Positions 48,209 through 59,773 of a stretch of DNA of 64,000 nucleotides are shown here, one piece after another. Source of the DNA: an uncultured Methylocystaceae bacterium (GTDB lineage Bacteria > Pseudomonadota > Alphaproteobacteria > Rhizobiales > Beijerinckiaceae); assembly GCA_937870755.1 (NCBI GenBank), contig CALMZV010000176.1, forward strand, positions 818-64,817, given 5' to 3'. Position 1 is the stretch's first letter. Every line of letters starts with the position of its first letter. The notes beneath the pieces were generated by a model, which did not search any database, was not told the DNA's origin, and worked only from the letters and a program-made list of their open reading frames with translations. Both the position numbers and the translations under genes were made by a program.

Positions 48209-49519
48209 ATGCTCGCCGACAAGGATCGCATCTTCCAGAATCTCTACGGCTTCGGCGACGCCGGCCTCGCCGGCGCGCGCGCGCGCGGCGCGTGGGACGG
48301 CACGAAGGGCCTGATCGAGAAGGGCAAGGACTGGATCATCGCGGAGATGAAGGGTTCGGGCCTGCGCGGGCGCGGCGGCGCGGGCTTTCCGACCGGCCTC
48401 AAATGGTCGTTCATGCCCAAGCCCGATCCGGCGCGCCCCTCCTATCTCGTCGTCAACGCCGACGAATCCGAGCCCGGCACCTGCAAGGACCGGGAGATCA
48501 TGCGCAACGATCCGCATCTGCTGGTCGAAGGCTGCCTGATCGCCTCGTTCGCGATGGGCGCGCATGCGGCCTACATCTATGTGCGCGGCGAATACATCGC
48601 CGAGCGCGAGGCGCTCCAGCGCGCGGTGGACGAAGCCTACGCCGCCAACCTCATCGGCAAGAACAACGTGCACGGCTGGCCGTTCGACCTCTACGTGCAT
48701 CACGGCGCCGGCGCCTATATCTGCGGCGAGGAGACCGCGCTGCTCGAAAGCCTTGAGGGCAAGAAGGGCATGCCGCGCCTCAAGCCGCCGTTCCCGGCCA
48801 ACATGGGCCTCTACGGCTGTCCGACGACGGTGAACAACGTCGAGTCGATCGCGGTGGCGCCGACCATCCTGCGGCGCGGCGCGGCGTGGTTCTCCTCGTT
48901 CGGCGCGCCCAACAACGCGGGCACGAAACTGTTCTGCGTGTCCGGCCACGTCAACAGGCCGTGCAACGTGGAGGAGGCGATGTCGATTCCCTTCCGCGAA
49001 CTGATCGACCGACATTGCGGCGGCGTGCGCGGCGGATGGGACAATCTGCTGGCGGTCATCCCCGGCGGCTCGTCGGTGCGCTGTGTGCCGGCGGCGCAGA
49101 TCATCGACACGCCGATGGATTTCGACTCGCTTTCCAAACTGCGGTCCGGTCTGGGCACGGCGGCCGTGATCGTGATGGACAAGTCGACCGACATCGTGCG
49201 CGCCATCGCGCGCCTGTCGCATTTCTACAAGCACGAGAGCTGTGGCCAGTGCACGCCGTGCCGCGAGGGTACGGGCTGGATGTATCGCGTGATGATGCGC
49301 ATGGTCGAAGGCCGCGCGCACAAGAGCGAGATCGACACGCTGCTCGAGGTTTCCAAGCAGATCGAGGGCCACACGATCTGCGCGCTCGGCGATGCGGCGG
49401 CCTGGCCCATTCAGGGCCTCATCACGCATTTCCGCGGCGAGATCGAAAAACGGATCGACCAGTACTCCGCGCGCGCCGGGCAAGCCCCCGTCGAGCCGGT
49501 GCGCACGGCGGCGGAATAG
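48209..49519 (+). CDS. nuoF: NADH-quinone oxidoreductase subunit F
   Basis: 436-aa [16 protein letters not shown] (FMN/NADH site) and [12 protein letters not shown] (4Fe-4S). Confidence 0.97.
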   Translation: MLADKDRIFQNLYGFGDAGLAGARARGAWDGTKGLIEKGKDWIIAEMKGSGLRGRGGAGFPTGLKWSFMPKPDPARPSYLVVNADESEPGTCKDREIMRNDPHLLVEGCLIASFAMGAHAAYIYVRGEYIAEREALQRAVDEAYAANLIGKNNVHGWPFDLYVHHGAGAYICGEETALLESLEGKKGMPRLKPPFPANMGLYGCPTTVNNVESIAVAPTILRRGAAWFSSFGAPNNAGTKLFCVSGHVNRPCNVEEAMSIPFRELIDRHCGGVRGGWDNLLAVIPGGSSVRCVPAAQIIDTPMDFDSLSKLRSGLGTAAVIVMDKSTDIVRAIARLSHFYKHESCGQCTPCREGTGWMYRVMMRMVEGRAHKSEIDTLLEVSKQIEGHTICALGDAAAWPIQGLITHFRGEIEKRIDQYSARAGQAPVEPVRTAAE

Positions 49520-49530
49520 GTTCGAGAATC

Positions 49531-51588
49531 ATGGCCAAGATCAGCATCGACGGCATCGAAATCGACGTCCCCGCGGACTACACGCTGCTGCAGGCGTGCG
49601 AGGAGGCGGGCAAGGAAATCCCGCGCTTCTGCTTCCACGAGCGCCTGTCGATCGCCGGCAATTGCCGCATGTGCCTTGTCGAGGTGAAGGGCGGCCCGCC
49701 GAAGCCGACCGCCTCCTGCGCGATGGCGGTGAAGGACCTGCGCCCGGGACCCCACGGCGAGCCGCCGGTCGTGCTGACCAATTCGCCGATGGTGAAGAAA
49801 GCGCGCGAAGGCGTGATGGAGTTCCTGCTCATCAACCATCCGCTCGACTGTCCGATCTGCGACCAGGGCGGCGAGTGCGACCTTCAGGACCAGGCGATGG
49901 CCTATGGCGTGGATTCCTCGCGCTTCGCCGAGAACAAGCACGCGGTTGCCGATAAATACATGGGCCCGCTCATCAAGACGGCGATGACGCGCTGCATCCA
50001 CTGCACGCGCTGCGTCCGCTTCACCGCCGAAATCGCCGGCGCCGACGACCTCGGCGCCATGGGGCGTGGCGAGGACACCGAGATCACCACCTACCTCGAA
50101 CGCGCGATGACCTCGGAACTGTCGGGCTGCGTCGCCGACATCTGCCCGGTCGGCGCGCTGTTGCCGAAGCCGCAGAATTTCCGCGGCCGTCCGTGGGAAT
50201 TCGTGAAGACGCCGTCGGTGGACGTGATGGACGCGGTCGGCTCGGCCATCCGGGTCGACACGCGCGGCCGCGAGGTGATGCGCATTCTGCCGCGCGTCAA
50301 CGAGGCGGTGAACGAAGAGTGGATTTCCGACAAGACGCGCCAGATCGTCGATGGCTTGAAGCGTCAGCGGCTGGACCGCGCCTATGTGCGCGAGAACGGC
50401 CGCCTGCGGGCGGCCGCCTGGCCCGAAGCCTTCGCCGCCATCGCCGCGAAGGCGAAGGGCGCGGCGGGCGACCGCATCGGCGCGATCGCCGGCGATCTCG
50501 TGTCGGTCGAGGAGATGTTCGCGCTCAAAGCGCTCGTCGAATCGCTCGGCTCCGCCAATCTCGACTGCCGTCAGGACGGAACGAAACTCGATCCGAAATT
50601 CGGCCGCGCGTCCTATCTGTTCAATACGACCATCGAGGGGATCGAACAGGCCACCTCGCTGCTCATCGTCGGCGCCAATCCGCGCAAGGAAGCGGCCGTG
50701 CTCAACGCGCGCATCCGCAAGCGCTGGCGCCAAGGCGCCTTCCCCATCGCGCTGATCGGCGAGAAGGTCGATCTCACCTGTCCCTATGACTGGGTTGGCG
50801 CGGGCGCCGACGCTATCGCCGACTATGCCGGGAAGGCGCAGAGCGCCGGCGAGCGTCCGATGGTGATCGTCGGCCAGGCCGCGCTCGCGCGCCCCGACGG
50901 CGCGGCCGTGCTGGCCGCCGTAGCGAAAGCCGCGGCCGACCTCGGCGCGATCAGGGACGGATGGAACGGGTTCAACGTGCTGCACACCGCGGCCGCGCGC
51001 GTCGGCGGGCTCGATGTGGGGTTCACGCCGGGCGAGGGCGGTCGCGACGCGATCGCCATGACCAATCCCGGTGGCGTCGACATTCTGTTCAATCTCGGCG
51101 CCGACGAGATCGACGTCGCGCCCGGCGCCTTCGTCGTCTATCTCGGCTCGCACGGCGACCGTGGCGCCCATCGCGCCGACGTCATCCTGCCGACGGCGAC
51201 CTACACGGAAATGTCGGGCCTCTACGTCAACACCGAGGGCCGCGTGCAGATGTCGAACCGCGCCTGTTTCGCGCCCGGCGAGGCGCGCGAGGGCTGGGCG
51301 GTGCTGCGCGCGCTGTCGGCCGAGCTCGGCAAGACGCTGCCGTTCGACTCGCTCGCCGAACTGCGCGCCAAACTCGTCGCGCAACATCCGGTGTTCGCCA
51401 CGCTGGATGATGTCGCGCCTGCTGACGCCGGCCCGCTCGCGAGCCTGCCCGCCGGGACGCTCGACGCCGCGCCGCTACGCACGTCCGTCACCGACTTCTA
51501 TCTCACCAATCCCATCGCGCGCGCTTCCGCCGTCATGGCCGAATGTTCGGCCCTTGCCGCCGGCGCGCTGAAACAGGCCGCGGAGTAA
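49531..51588 (+). CDS. nuoG: NADH-quinone oxidoreductase subunit G
   Basis: In-frame ATG at 49531 in ORF 48886..51588. [39 protein letters not shown] and [10 protein letters not shown] cluster motifs. Confidence 0.96.
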   Translation: MAKISIDGIEIDVPADYTLLQACEEAGKEIPRFCFHERLSIAGNCRMCLVEVKGGPPKPTASCAMAVKDLRPGPHGEPPVVLTNSPMVKKAREGVMEFLLINHPLDCPICDQGGECDLQDQAMAYGVDSSRFAENKHAVADKYMGPLIKTAMTRCIHCTRCVRFTAEIAGADDLGAMGRGEDTEITTYLERAMTSELSGCVADICPVGALLPKPQNFRGRPWEFVKTPSVDVMDAVGSAIRVDTRGREVMRILPRVNEAVNEEWISDKTRQIVDGLKRQRLDRAYVRENGRLRAAAWPEAFAAIAAKAKGAAGDRIGAIAGDLVSVEEMFALKALVESLGSANLDCRQDGTKLDPKFGRASYLFNTTIEGIEQATSLLIVGANPRKEAAVLNARIRKRWRQGAFPIALIGEKVDLTCPYDWVGAGADAIADYAGKAQSAGERPMVIVGQAALARPDGAAVLAAVAKAAADLGAIRDGWNGFNVLHTAAARVGGLDVGFTPGEGGRDAIAMTNPGGVDILFNLGADEIDVAPGAFVVYLGSHGDRGAHRADVILPTATYTEMSGLYVNTEGRVQMSNRACFAPGEAREGWAVLRALSAELGKTLPFDSLAELRAKLVAQHPVFATLDDVAPADAGPLASLPAGTLDAAPLRTSVTDFYLTNPIARASAVMAECSALAAGALKQAAE

Positions 51589-51594
51589 GGGACC

Positions 51595-52596
51595 ATGGAA
51601 ATCTTGTGGACCCTTCTGATCATCACGCTGAAGAGCCTCGCGCTGCTCGTCGGCCTGTTGATCTTCGTCGCCTACATTCTCTACGCCGACCGCAAGATCT
51701 GGGCGGCCGTGCAATTGCGCCGCGGCCCGAACGTCGTCGGTCCGTGGGGCCTGCTGCAATCCTTCGCGGACTTTCTGAAATTCGCGCTGAAGGAGCCGAT
51801 CATCCCGGACGGCGCGAACAAGGGCGTCTTCCTGCTCGCCCCGCTCGTCATGGGCACGCTGTCGATTGCGGCCTGGGCGGTCATTCCGGTGGCGGAAGGC
51901 TGGGCGGTCGCCGACATCAATATCGGCGTTCTGTATATTTTCGCCATCTCCTCGCTCGGCGTCTACGGCATCATCATGGGCGGCTGGGCGTCGAACTCGA
52001 AATATCCGTTCATGTCGGCGCTGCGCTCTGCGGCGCAGATGGTGTCCTACGAAGTCTCCATCGGCTTCGTCATCATCACCGTCATCCTGTGCGCGGGGTC
52101 GCTCAATCTCACCGACATCGTGGAGGCGCAGGACACGAAGGCTGGCGTGCTGGGCTGGTACTGGCTGCGCCTGTTCCCGGTTTTCGTCATCTTCTTCATC
52201 TCCGCGCTCGCGGAGACGAACCGGCCGCCGTTCGATCTGGTGGAAGCGGAGTCCGAACTCGTCGCCGGCTTCATGGTCGAATATTCGGCGACGCCGTACG
52301 TGCTGTTCATGCTCGCGGAATATGTGGCGATCGTGACCATGTGCGCGCTGTGCACCATCATGTTCTTCGGCGGATGGTTGCCGCCGTTCGACATTCCGCC
52401 GCTCAACTGGGTTCCGGGCGTCGTCTGGTTCATTCTCAAGGTCTGCTTCTTCTTCTTCATCTTCGCGATGGTGAAGGCGTTCGTGCCGCGCTACCGCTAC
52501 GACCAGTTGATGCGTCTGGGCTGGAAAGTGTTCCTGCCGATCTCGCTGGCGGCCGTCGTGGTCGTGGCGGGCGTCCTGAAACTCGCCGGCAACTGA
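51595..52596 (+). CDS. nuoH: NADH-quinone oxidoreductase subunit H
   Basis: 333-aa polytopic ORF. ...[27 protein letters not shown]...[18 protein letters not shown]... Confidence 0.96.
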   Translation: MEILWTLLIITLKSLALLVGLLIFVAYILYADRKIWAAVQLRRGPNVVGPWGLLQSFADFLKFALKEPIIPDGANKGVFLLAPLVMGTLSIAAWAVIPVAEGWAVADINIGVLYIFAISSLGVYGIIMGGWASNSKYPFMSALRSAAQMVSYEVSIGFVIITVILCAGSLNLTDIVEAQDTKAGVLGWYWLRLFPVFVIFFISALAETNRPPFDLVEAESELVAGFMVEYSATPYVLFMLAEYVAIVTMCALCTIMFFGGWLPPFDIPPLNWVPGVVWFILKVCFFFFIFAMVKAFVPRYRYDQLMRLGWKVFLPISLAAVVVVAGVLKLAGN

Positions 52597-52606
52597 GGAG
52601 GGCCCC

Positions 52607-53095
52607 ATGAAACTCGACGCAATGGCGCGCTCTCTGTTCCTGAAGGAATTCGTGCAGGCGTTCGCTCTGTCGATGCGCTATTTCTTCAAGCCCAAAGCGA
52701 CCATTAACTATCCGCACGAGAAGAACCCGCAGTCGCCGCGCTATCGCGGCGAACATGCGCTGCGCCGCTATCCCAACGGCGAGGAGCGCTGCATCGCCTG
52801 CAAGCTGTGCGAGGCGATCTGCCCCGCGCAGGCCATCACCATCGAGGCCGGACCGCGCCGCAACGACGGCACGCGCCGCACCACGCGCTACGACATCGAT
52901 ATGGTGAAGTGCATCTATTGCGGTTTCTGTCAGGAGGCCTGCCCGGTCGACGCCATCGTGGAAGGCCCGAACGCGGAGTTCGCGGTGGAGACGCGCGAGG
53001 AACTCTACTACGACAAGGAACGCCTGCTCGCCAACGGCGCGCGCTGGGAGCGCGAGATCGCCCGCAACATCGCGCTCGACGCGCCCTATCGCTGA
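52607..53095 (+). CDS. nuoI: NADH-quinone oxidoreductase subunit I
   Basis: 162-aa ORF with two 4Fe-4S ferredoxin motifs, [12 protein letters not shown] and [12 protein letters not shown]. Confidence 0.97.
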   Translation: MKLDAMARSLFLKEFVQAFALSMRYFFKPKATINYPHEKNPQSPRYRGEHALRRYPNGEERCIACKLCEAICPAQAITIEAGPRRNDGTRRTTRYDIDMVKCIYCGFCQEACPVDAIVEGPNAEFAVETREELYYDKERLLANGARWEREIARNIALDAPYR

Positions 53096-53102
53096 GGATC
53101 GC

Positions 53103-53711
53103 GTGATGGCCCAGGTCTTCTTCTTCTATCTGTTCGCCGCGATCATGCTGGCCTCGGCCTTCATGGTGGTGGCGGCGCGCAACCCCGTCCACTCGGTGCT
53201 GTTTCTCATCCTGGCGTTCGTCAACGCCTCCGGCCTGTTTCTGCTGGCAGGCGCCGAATTCCTCGCGCTCATCCTCATCGTCGTCTATGTCGGCGCGGTG
53301 GCGGTGCTTTTCCTGTTCGTCGTCATGATGCTCGACGTCGATTTCGCGGAACTGAAGAGCGGGTTTCTGCAGGTGCTGCCGGTCGGCGCCGTCATAGGCG
53401 CCATCGTCGCCATCGAGCTCATTCTCGTGGTCGTCGGCTGGAAGGCCTCGCCCACCGCGCTCGCCGGCGCGAGCGCGCCCGCAACGCCGGACGTGTCCAA
53501 CACCGTCGCGCTCGGCCGCGTCATCTATACGAAATACGTGTTCTTCTTCCAGGCCGCCGGCCTCGTGCTTCTGACCGCGATGATCGGCGCCATCGTGCTG
53601 ACGCTGCGCCACAAGCAGGGCGTCAAGCGCCAGTCGATCCCGGAGCAGAACGCGCGCACGGTCGAGACGGCGATGGAAGTCAAGAAAGTGCCCTCGCGGG
53701 CCGGCGTCTGA
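53103..53711 (+). CDS. nuoJ: NADH-quinone oxidoreductase subunit J
   Basis: 202-aa hydrophobic ORF in the expected operon position. Start is GTG 53103 or ATG 53106. Confidence 0.92.
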   Translation: MMAQVFFFYLFAAIMLASAFMVVAARNPVHSVLFLILAFVNASGLFLLAGAEFLALILIVVYVGAVAVLFLFVVMMLDVDFAELKSGFLQVLPVGAVIGAIVAIELILVVVGWKASPTALAGASAPATPDVSNTVALGRVIYTKYVFFFQAAGLVLLTAMIGAIVLTLRHKQGVKRQSIPEQNARTVETAMEVKKVPSRAGV

Positions 53712-53724
53712 AGGAGAGACTGAC

Positions 53725-54033
53725 GTGGAACTCTCTCTGTCGAACTATCTGGTCGTCGCCGCCCTGCTGTTCACGATCGGCGTCGCCGGCATCATCCTCA
53801 ACCGCAAGAACATCATCGTCATCCTCATGTCGATCGAGTTGATGCTCCTGTCGGTCAACATCAACCTCGTGGCCTTTTCCGCCTATCACGCCGACCTCAC
53901 GGGCCAGGTGTTCGCGCTGTTCATCCTGACGGTGGCGGCGGCGGAAGCGGCGATCGGCCTTGCGATCCTCGTCGCCTATTATCGCAATCGCGGCTCGATC
54001 GCGGTCGAAGACATCAACGTTTTGAAGGGCTGA
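53725..54033 (+). CDS. nuoK: NADH-quinone oxidoreductase subunit K
   Basis: 102-aa ORF with 3 TM helices. ...[21 protein letters not shown]...[13 protein letters not shown]... Confidence 0.95.
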   Translation: MELSLSNYLVVAALLFTIGVAGIILNRKNIIVILMSIELMLLSVNINLVAFSAYHADLTGQVFALFILTVAAAEAAIGLAILVAYYRNRGSIAVEDINVLKG

Positions 54034-54034
54034 G

Positions 54035-56050
54035 ATGTACAACACGATTGTCTTCGCCCCGCTCTTCGGCTTTCTGGCCGCGGCTGTCCTGGGCAAATAC
54101 GTCAGCGCCCGCGTGTCGGAAATCGTCACGACGGCGCTCCTGTTCGTCTCGTGCCTCCTGTCCTGGATCGTGTTCGTCAACGTCGGTCTCGGGCAAGGGC
54201 AGGCGAGCGCGCCGGTCGTCGCCAACTGGTTCACGTCGGGCGGCCTGAAGATCGACTGGGCGCTGCGCGTCGACACGCTGACGGCCGTCATGCTGGTCGT
54301 CGTCACGTCGGTGTCGAGCCTCGTGCATCTCTATTCCATCGGCTACATGGCCGAGGATCCGTCGCGTCCGCGCTTCTTCGGCTACCTGTCGCTCTTCACC
54401 TTCGCCATGTTGATGCTGGTGACGTCCGACAACCTCGTGCAGATGTTCTTCGGATGGGAAGGCGTGGGTCTGGCGTCCTACCTGCTCATCGGCTTCTGGT
54501 ACGACCGGCCGTCGGCGAACGCCGCCGCCATCAAGGCGTTCGTCGTCAACCGCGTCGGCGATTTCGGCTTCTCGCTCGGCATTTTCCTGGTCTGGGTGCT
54601 GACCGGCTCGGTGTCATTCGACGCCATTTTCGCGGCCGCCCCCGGCCTCGCCAACAAGCCGATCGACGTGTTCGGTCTGCATGTAGATGGACTGACGATC
54701 GCCTGCCTGCTCCTGTTCATGGGCGCGATGGGCAAGTCGGCGCAGTTCCTCCTGCACACCTGGTTGCCGGATGCGATGGAAGGCCCCACGCCCGTCTCCG
54801 CGCTCATCCACGCCGCCACCATGGTGACCGCCGGCGTGTTCATGGTCGCGCGCCTGTCGCCGCTGTTTGAACTCGCGCCGACCGCGCTCGCGGTCGTGAC
54901 CGCCATCGGCGCGCTGACGGCGATCTTCGCCGCGACCGTCGGCCTCGTTCAGAACGACATCAAACGCGTCATCGCCTATTCGACCTGCTCTCAGCTCGGC
55001 TACATGTTCGTCGCGCTCGGCGTCGGCGCCTACGGCGTGGGCATCTTCCACCTGTTCACGCACGCCTTCTTCAAGGCCCTGCTGTTCCTGGGCGCCGGCT
55101 CCGTCATCCACGCGATGCATCACGAGCAGGACATGCGCAACATGGGCGGCCTGCGGAAGGAGATTCCCTTCACGTTCTGGATGATGACCATCGGCACGCT
55201 GGCGCTGACGGGCTTTCCCTTCACGGCCGGCTATTTCTCGAAGGACGCGATCATCGAGGCGGCCTACGCCGCCGGCGGCCATTCGAGCGCGGCGACGTTC
55301 GGCTTCCTCATGACGCTGCTGGCCGCGGGCCTCACGTCGTTCTATTCGTGGCGTCTGGTGTTCATGACCTTCTTCGGCGAGCGCCACGCGCACGCCGGCC
55401 ATGGCCAGGATACGCACGCACATGACACGCACGCGCAAGATGCGCACGCGCATGACGCGCACGGCCACCATGGCCACGATCATACCCCGCATGAGAGCCC
55501 GCTGGTGATGCTCGTGCCGCTCGCCGCGCTGGCGGTCGGCGCCCTGTTTGCCGGCCTGGCCTTCAACGGTGCGTTCATCGGCCATCACTTCGAGGAGTTC
55601 TGGAAGGGAACGATCGGGCAGGGGCCGAACAACCACATCATGCACGACATGCACAATGTGCCGAAATGGGTTGGCTATGCGCCGTTCGTGATGATGGTTC
55701 TGGGCTTCCTCGTCGCGCTCTACATGTACATTCTCAGGCCGGGCTCCGCGCAGCGACTGGCGGCGGCCAATCCGGTGCTCTACCGCTTCCTCCTCAACAA
55801 GTGGTATTTCGACGAATTGTACGACGTCCTGTTCGTGCGGCCCGCGTTCTGGCTCGGGCGCCTGTTCTGGAAGGGCGGCGACGGGCGCATCATCGACGGT
55901 CTCGGTCCGGACGGAATCGCCGCGCGCGTGGTGGATGTCGCGCGCTCCGCGGTGCGGTTGCAGACCGGCTATCTCTATCACTATGCATTCGCCATGCTGA
56001 TCGGCGTCGCCGCCTTCATCACCTGGTATCTGCTCGGCGGAGTGCGCTGA
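54035..56050 (+). CDS. nuoL: NADH-quinone oxidoreductase subunit L (with expanded His-rich loop)
   Basis: 671-aa polytopic ORF. ...[18 protein letters not shown]...[36 protein letters not shown]... It contains [41 protein letters not shown]. Confidence 0.96.
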   Translation: MYNTIVFAPLFGFLAAAVLGKYVSARVSEIVTTALLFVSCLLSWIVFVNVGLGQGQASAPVVANWFTSGGLKIDWALRVDTLTAVMLVVVTSVSSLVHLYSIGYMAEDPSRPRFFGYLSLFTFAMLMLVTSDNLVQMFFGWEGVGLASYLLIGFWYDRPSANAAAIKAFVVNRVGDFGFSLGIFLVWVLTGSVSFDAIFAAAPGLANKPIDVFGLHVDGLTIACLLLFMGAMGKSAQFLLHTWLPDAMEGPTPVSALIHAATMVTAGVFMVARLSPLFELAPTALAVVTAIGALTAIFAATVGLVQNDIKRVIAYSTCSQLGYMFVALGVGAYGVGIFHLFTHAFFKALLFLGAGSVIHAMHHEQDMRNMGGLRKEIPFTFWMMTIGTLALTGFPFTAGYFSKDAIIEAAYAAGGHSSAATFGFLMTLLAAGLTSFYSWRLVFMTFFGERHAHAGHGQDTHAHDTHAQDAHAHDAHGHHGHDHTPHESPLVMLVPLAALAVGALFAGLAFNGAFIGHHFEEFWKGTIGQGPNNHIMHDMHNVPKWVGYAPFVMMVLGFLVALYMYILRPGSAQRLAAANPVLYRFLLNKWYFDELYDVLFVRPAFWLGRLFWKGGDGRIIDGLGPDGIAARVVDVARSAVRLQTGYLYHYAFAMLIGVAAFITWYLLGGVR

Positions 56051-56051
56051 C

Positions 56052-57554
56052 ATGTTCGGCTTCGGAATTCTCTCGGCGCTCACCTTCCTGCCGCTCCTCG
56101 GCGCGGCGATCATCCTGATGTTCCGCAACGACGACGAGGCGTCGCTGCGCAACATCCGTCACATCGCGCTGTGGACGACAGTCGCGGTGTTCCTGCTGTC
56201 GCTGGTGGCGTGGGGCCGGTTCGACGCGGCCAACGCCGGCTTCCAGATGGTCGAGCAGAAGGCATGGGCTGGCGGCGGCCTGGTCTACAAGCTCGGCGTC
56301 GACGGCATGTCGTTCCCGTTCGTGGTGCTGACGGCGTTTCTCATGCCGTTCTGCATTCTGGCGTCCTGGGAATCGATCACCTTCCGCGTGAAGGAATACA
56401 TGATCGCCTTCCTCGTGCTGGAGACGCTGATGATCGGCGTGTTCTGCGCGCTCGATCTGGTGCTGTTCTATCTGTTCTTCGAGGGCGGCCTCATCCCGAT
56501 GTTCCTCATCATCGGCGTGTGGGGCGGCAAGCGGCGCATCTACGCCAGCTTCAAGTTCTTCCTCTACACGCTCATCGGCTCGCTCTTGATGCTGGTCGCC
56601 ATCATGGCCATGGCGACCTTCGCCAAGACGACCGACATCACCGTGCTGTTGCAGACGAAGTTCCCGGCCGACATGCAGAAATGGCTGTGGCTGGCCTTCT
56701 TCGCATCCTTCGCGGTCAAGATGCCGATGTGGCCCGTCCACACCTGGCTGCCGGACGCGCACGTGGAGGCGCCGACGGCCGGATCGGTCATCCTGGCCGG
56801 CATTCTGTTGAAGATGGGAGGCTACGGCTTCATCCGGTTCTCGCTGCCGATGTTCCCGGACGCCTCGCATTATTTCGCGCCGCTCGTCTTCGCCATGTCC
56901 GTCATCGCCATCGTCTATACGTCGCTGGTGGCGCTGGTGCAGGAGGACATGAAGAAGCTCATCGCCTATTCGTCGGTCGCCCACATGGGCTTCGTGACGA
57001 TGGGCCTGTTCGCCATGAACCAGCAGGGCGTGCAGGGCGCGATTTTCCAGATGGTCAGCCACGGCCTGGTGTCCGGCGCGCTGTTCCTGTGCGTCGGCGT
57101 CATCTACGACCGCATGCACACGCGCGACATCGCGGCCTACGGTGGGCTCGTCCATCGCATGCCGCGCTATGCGGTGGCCTTCATGGTGCTCACCATGGCC
57201 AATGTCGGCCTGCCCGGCACGTCGGGCTTCGTCGGCGAGTTCCTCACGCTCATCGGAACCTTCGCGGCGAACACCAAAGTCGCGGCGCTCGCCACGCTCG
57301 GCGTCATCCTGTCGGCGGCCTATGCGCTCTATCTCTATCGCCGCATCATTTTCGGCGTGCTGGAGAAGCCGGCGCTGGCCAACATCCAGGATCTGTCGGC
57401 GCGCGAGATTCTCATCCTCGCGCCGCTGGTCGTGCTGGTCATCTACTACGGCGTGCAGCCGGGCGCGATCATGAACGCCAGCGCCGCGGCCGTCGCCGAA
57501 CTCGTCAAGACAACCGGAGCCGTCGCCGTCAAGGCCGCGGCGCTCGCGCATTAA
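56052..57554 (+). CDS. nuoM: NADH-quinone oxidoreductase subunit M
   Basis: 500-aa polytopic ORF. ...[38 protein letters not shown]... Confidence 0.96.
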   Translation: MFGFGILSALTFLPLLGAAIILMFRNDDEASLRNIRHIALWTTVAVFLLSLVAWGRFDAANAGFQMVEQKAWAGGGLVYKLGVDGMSFPFVVLTAFLMPFCILASWESITFRVKEYMIAFLVLETLMIGVFCALDLVLFYLFFEGGLIPMFLIIGVWGGKRRIYASFKFFLYTLIGSLLMLVAIMAMATFAKTTDITVLLQTKFPADMQKWLWLAFFASFAVKMPMWPVHTWLPDAHVEAPTAGSVILAGILLKMGGYGFIRFSLPMFPDASHYFAPLVFAMSVIAIVYTSLVALVQEDMKKLIAYSSVAHMGFVTMGLFAMNQQGVQGAIFQMVSHGLVSGALFLCVGVIYDRMHTRDIAAYGGLVHRMPRYAVAFMVLTMANVGLPGTSGFVGEFLTLIGTFAANTKVAALATLGVILSAAYALYLYRRIIFGVLEKPALANIQDLSAREILILAPLVVLVIYYGVQPGAIMNASAAAVAELVKTTGAVAVKAAALAH

Positions 57555-57564
57555 GGGCTCCTCG

Positions 57565-58998
57565 ATGCTCCCGCTGTCCACCACCATCGCCCACGCGCTG
57601 CCCGAGACGATTCTCGCGGTCGGCGCGCTCGGCCTCATCCTGTTCGGCGCGTTGCGCGGCTCGCGCACCGCCGACGTCGTCGCCGAGATCGCCATCGGCG
57701 TGCTCGCGCTCGCCATCGTGGTCATTCTCGTCGGCGCCAAGGGCCGGGGCGAGGTGTTCGACGGCGCCTTCGTCAACGATTCGTTCGCGCGGTTCATGAA
57801 ACTGCTGGCGCTCGGCGGCTCGCTCGTCACGCTCATCCTGTCGCGCGATTTCCTGAAGCGCGAAGGCATCGACCAGTACGAGTTTCCCATCCTCGTGCTG
57901 CTGTCGACGCTCGGCATGATGATGCTGACGTCCGCCAACAGCCTCATCGCGCTCTATCTGGGGCTCGAGCTGATGTCGCTCGCGCTCTATGTCGTCGCCG
58001 CCTTCCATCGCGACAACGTGCGCGCGTCGGAAGCGGGCCTGAAATATTTCGTGCTCGGCGCCTTGTCGTCCGGCATGTTGCTCTACGGCGCCTCGCTCAT
58101 CTACGGTTTCGCCGGCACGGTGTCGTTCGCTGGCATCGCCAAGGCGCTTGCCTCCGGCCCCTCGGTCGGCGTGCTGTTTGGCCTGGTGTTCCTCATGGCC
58201 GGCCTCGCCTTCAAGATGTCGACCGTGCCGTTCCACATGTGGACGCCCGATGTCTACGAAGGCGCGCCAACGCCGGTCACGGCCTTCTTCGCCTCCGCGC
58301 CGAAGATGGCGGCGGTCGCCATCACGGCGCGGACGCTGGCGGTCGCCTTTCCGCCCATCCAGTCGCAATGGCAGCAGATCGTGGTGTTCATCGCCATCGC
58401 GTCGATGGCGCTCGGCTCCTTCGCCGCCATCGGCCAGACGAACATCAAGCGGCTGATGGCCTATTCCTCCATCGGCCATATGGGTTTTGCGATGGTGGGT
58501 CTGGCCGCCGGCACGCAGGCCGGCGTGCGCGGTGTGGCGATCTACATGGCGATCTATCTGGTCATGACGCTCGGCGTGTTCGCGGTCATCCTGTCCATGC
58601 GCATCGCCGGCCATAACGTGGAGAAGATTTCCGATCTCGCGGGCCTCTCGCGCACCAACGGCTGGCTGGCGTTCTTCATGGCGATGCTGATGTTCTCGCT
58701 CGCCGGCATTCCGCCGCTCGCGGGCTTCTTCGCCAAATACTACGCTTTCCTCGCCGCGGTGGAGGCGGGGCTGTTTCCGCTCGCGGTCATAGGCGTGGTG
58801 CTCAGCGCGGTCGCGGCCTTCTATTATCTGCGGATCGTCAAGATCATGTATTTCGACGATCCCGCCCCGGCGTTCGACACGGCGCCGTTCGCGGTGCGCG
58901 CGGTGGCGGCCGTCGCCTCGTTCCTCATCCTCGCGTTCTGGATCTATCCCGCGCCCGTGGTCGAGGCCGCCAACGCCGCCGCCGCGGCGCTGTTCTAG
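57565..58998 (+). CDS. nuoN: NADH-quinone oxidoreductase subunit N
   Basis: 477-aa polytopic ORF. ...FKMSTVPFHMWTPDVYEGAPTPVTAFF... Last gene of the nuo cluster. Confidence 0.96.
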   Translation: MLPLSTTIAHALPETILAVGALGLILFGALRGSRTADVVAEIAIGVLALAIVVILVGAKGRGEVFDGAFVNDSFARFMKLLALGGSLVTLILSRDFLKREGIDQYEFPILVLLSTLGMMMLTSANSLIALYLGLELMSLALYVVAAFHRDNVRASEAGLKYFVLGALSSGMLLYGASLIYGFAGTVSFAGIAKALASGPSVGVLFGLVFLMAGLAFKMSTVPFHMWTPDVYEGAPTPVTAFFASAPKMAAVAITARTLAVAFPPIQSQWQQIVVFIAIASMALGSFAAIGQTNIKRLMAYSSIGHMGFAMVGLAAGTQAGVRGVAIYMAIYLVMTLGVFAVILSMRIAGHNVEKISDLAGLSRTNGWLAFFMAMLMFSLAGIPPLAGFFAKYYAFLAAVEAGLFPLAVIGVVLSAVAAFYYLRIVKIMYFDDPAPAFDTAPFAVRAVAAVASFLILAFWIYPAPVVEAANAAAAALF

Positions 58999-59001
58999 CC
59001 G

Positions 59002-59769
59002 TTGCGGCTCGGCCCCAGCGCGCGCGGGCAGGGTTTCCGGCTGGAGACCCTCGGCGCGGTCGCATCCACCAACGACGAGGCGATGGCGCGCGCGCGCGCG
59101 AGCGATCCCGGCCGTCTGTGGATCGTCGGCGAAAGCCAGACCGGCGGGCGCGGCCGCCAGGGCCGGCCGTGGGTGTCGCCGCCCGGCAATCTCTACGCCA
59201 GCCTGTTGCTGATCGACCCGTGCGAAGGCGCGCACGCGCCGGAACTCGGCTTCGTCGCGGGCGTCGCTCTGGTGGAAGCCGCGCGCGCGACGGTCGGCGC
59301 GGTCGAGGGTCTGGGCCTCAAATGGCCGAACGATCTGGTGCGCGACGGCGCGAAACTCTCCGGCATGCTGCTGGAGGCCACGCGCCTGCCGAACGGAACG
59401 CTGGCGACGGTCGTCGGCATCGGCGTCAATTGCGCGAGCCATCCGGGCGATCTCGCCTATGCGACGACGTCGCTCGAAGAATTGCGGCCGGGCGCGGGCG
59501 GGCGCGAAACCATGTTCGACCATCTGTCGGACGCGCTTGCGCGCTGGCTGGTCGTGTGGCGGCGCGGCGAGAATTTCGCGGCCGTGCGGACGGCCTGGCT
59601 GGACGCCTGCGTCGGCCTCGGCCGGCCGATTCGTGTTGTGCGCGGGCAGACGATCGTCGAAGGAACGTTCGCGACGATCGATGCGGCCGGGCGGCTGATC
59701 GTCCGGCGCCCCGAGGGCGACCTGGCGATCGAGGCCGGCGACGTGCTGCTCGGCCCCTCGCGACCTTGA
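59002..59769 (+). CDS. birA: biotin--[acetyl-CoA-carboxylase] ligase (no N-terminal HTH domain)
   Basis: 255-aa ORF starting at TTG 59002, the only start upstream of the conserved ...VASTNDEA... region. GRGRQGRPW (GRGRxGRxW) biotin-binding motif. Confidence 0.88.
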   Translation: MRLGPSARGQGFRLETLGAVASTNDEAMARARASDPGRLWIVGESQTGGRGRQGRPWVSPPGNLYASLLLIDPCEGAHAPELGFVAGVALVEAARATVGAVEGLGLKWPNDLVRDGAKLSGMLLEATRLPNGTLATVVGIGVNCASHPGDLAYATTSLEELRPGAGGRETMFDHLSDALARWLVVWRRGENFAAVRTAWLDACVGLGRPIRVVRGQTIVEGTFATIDAAGRLIVRRPEGDLAIEAGDVLLGPSRP

Positions 59770-59773
59770 GAGA

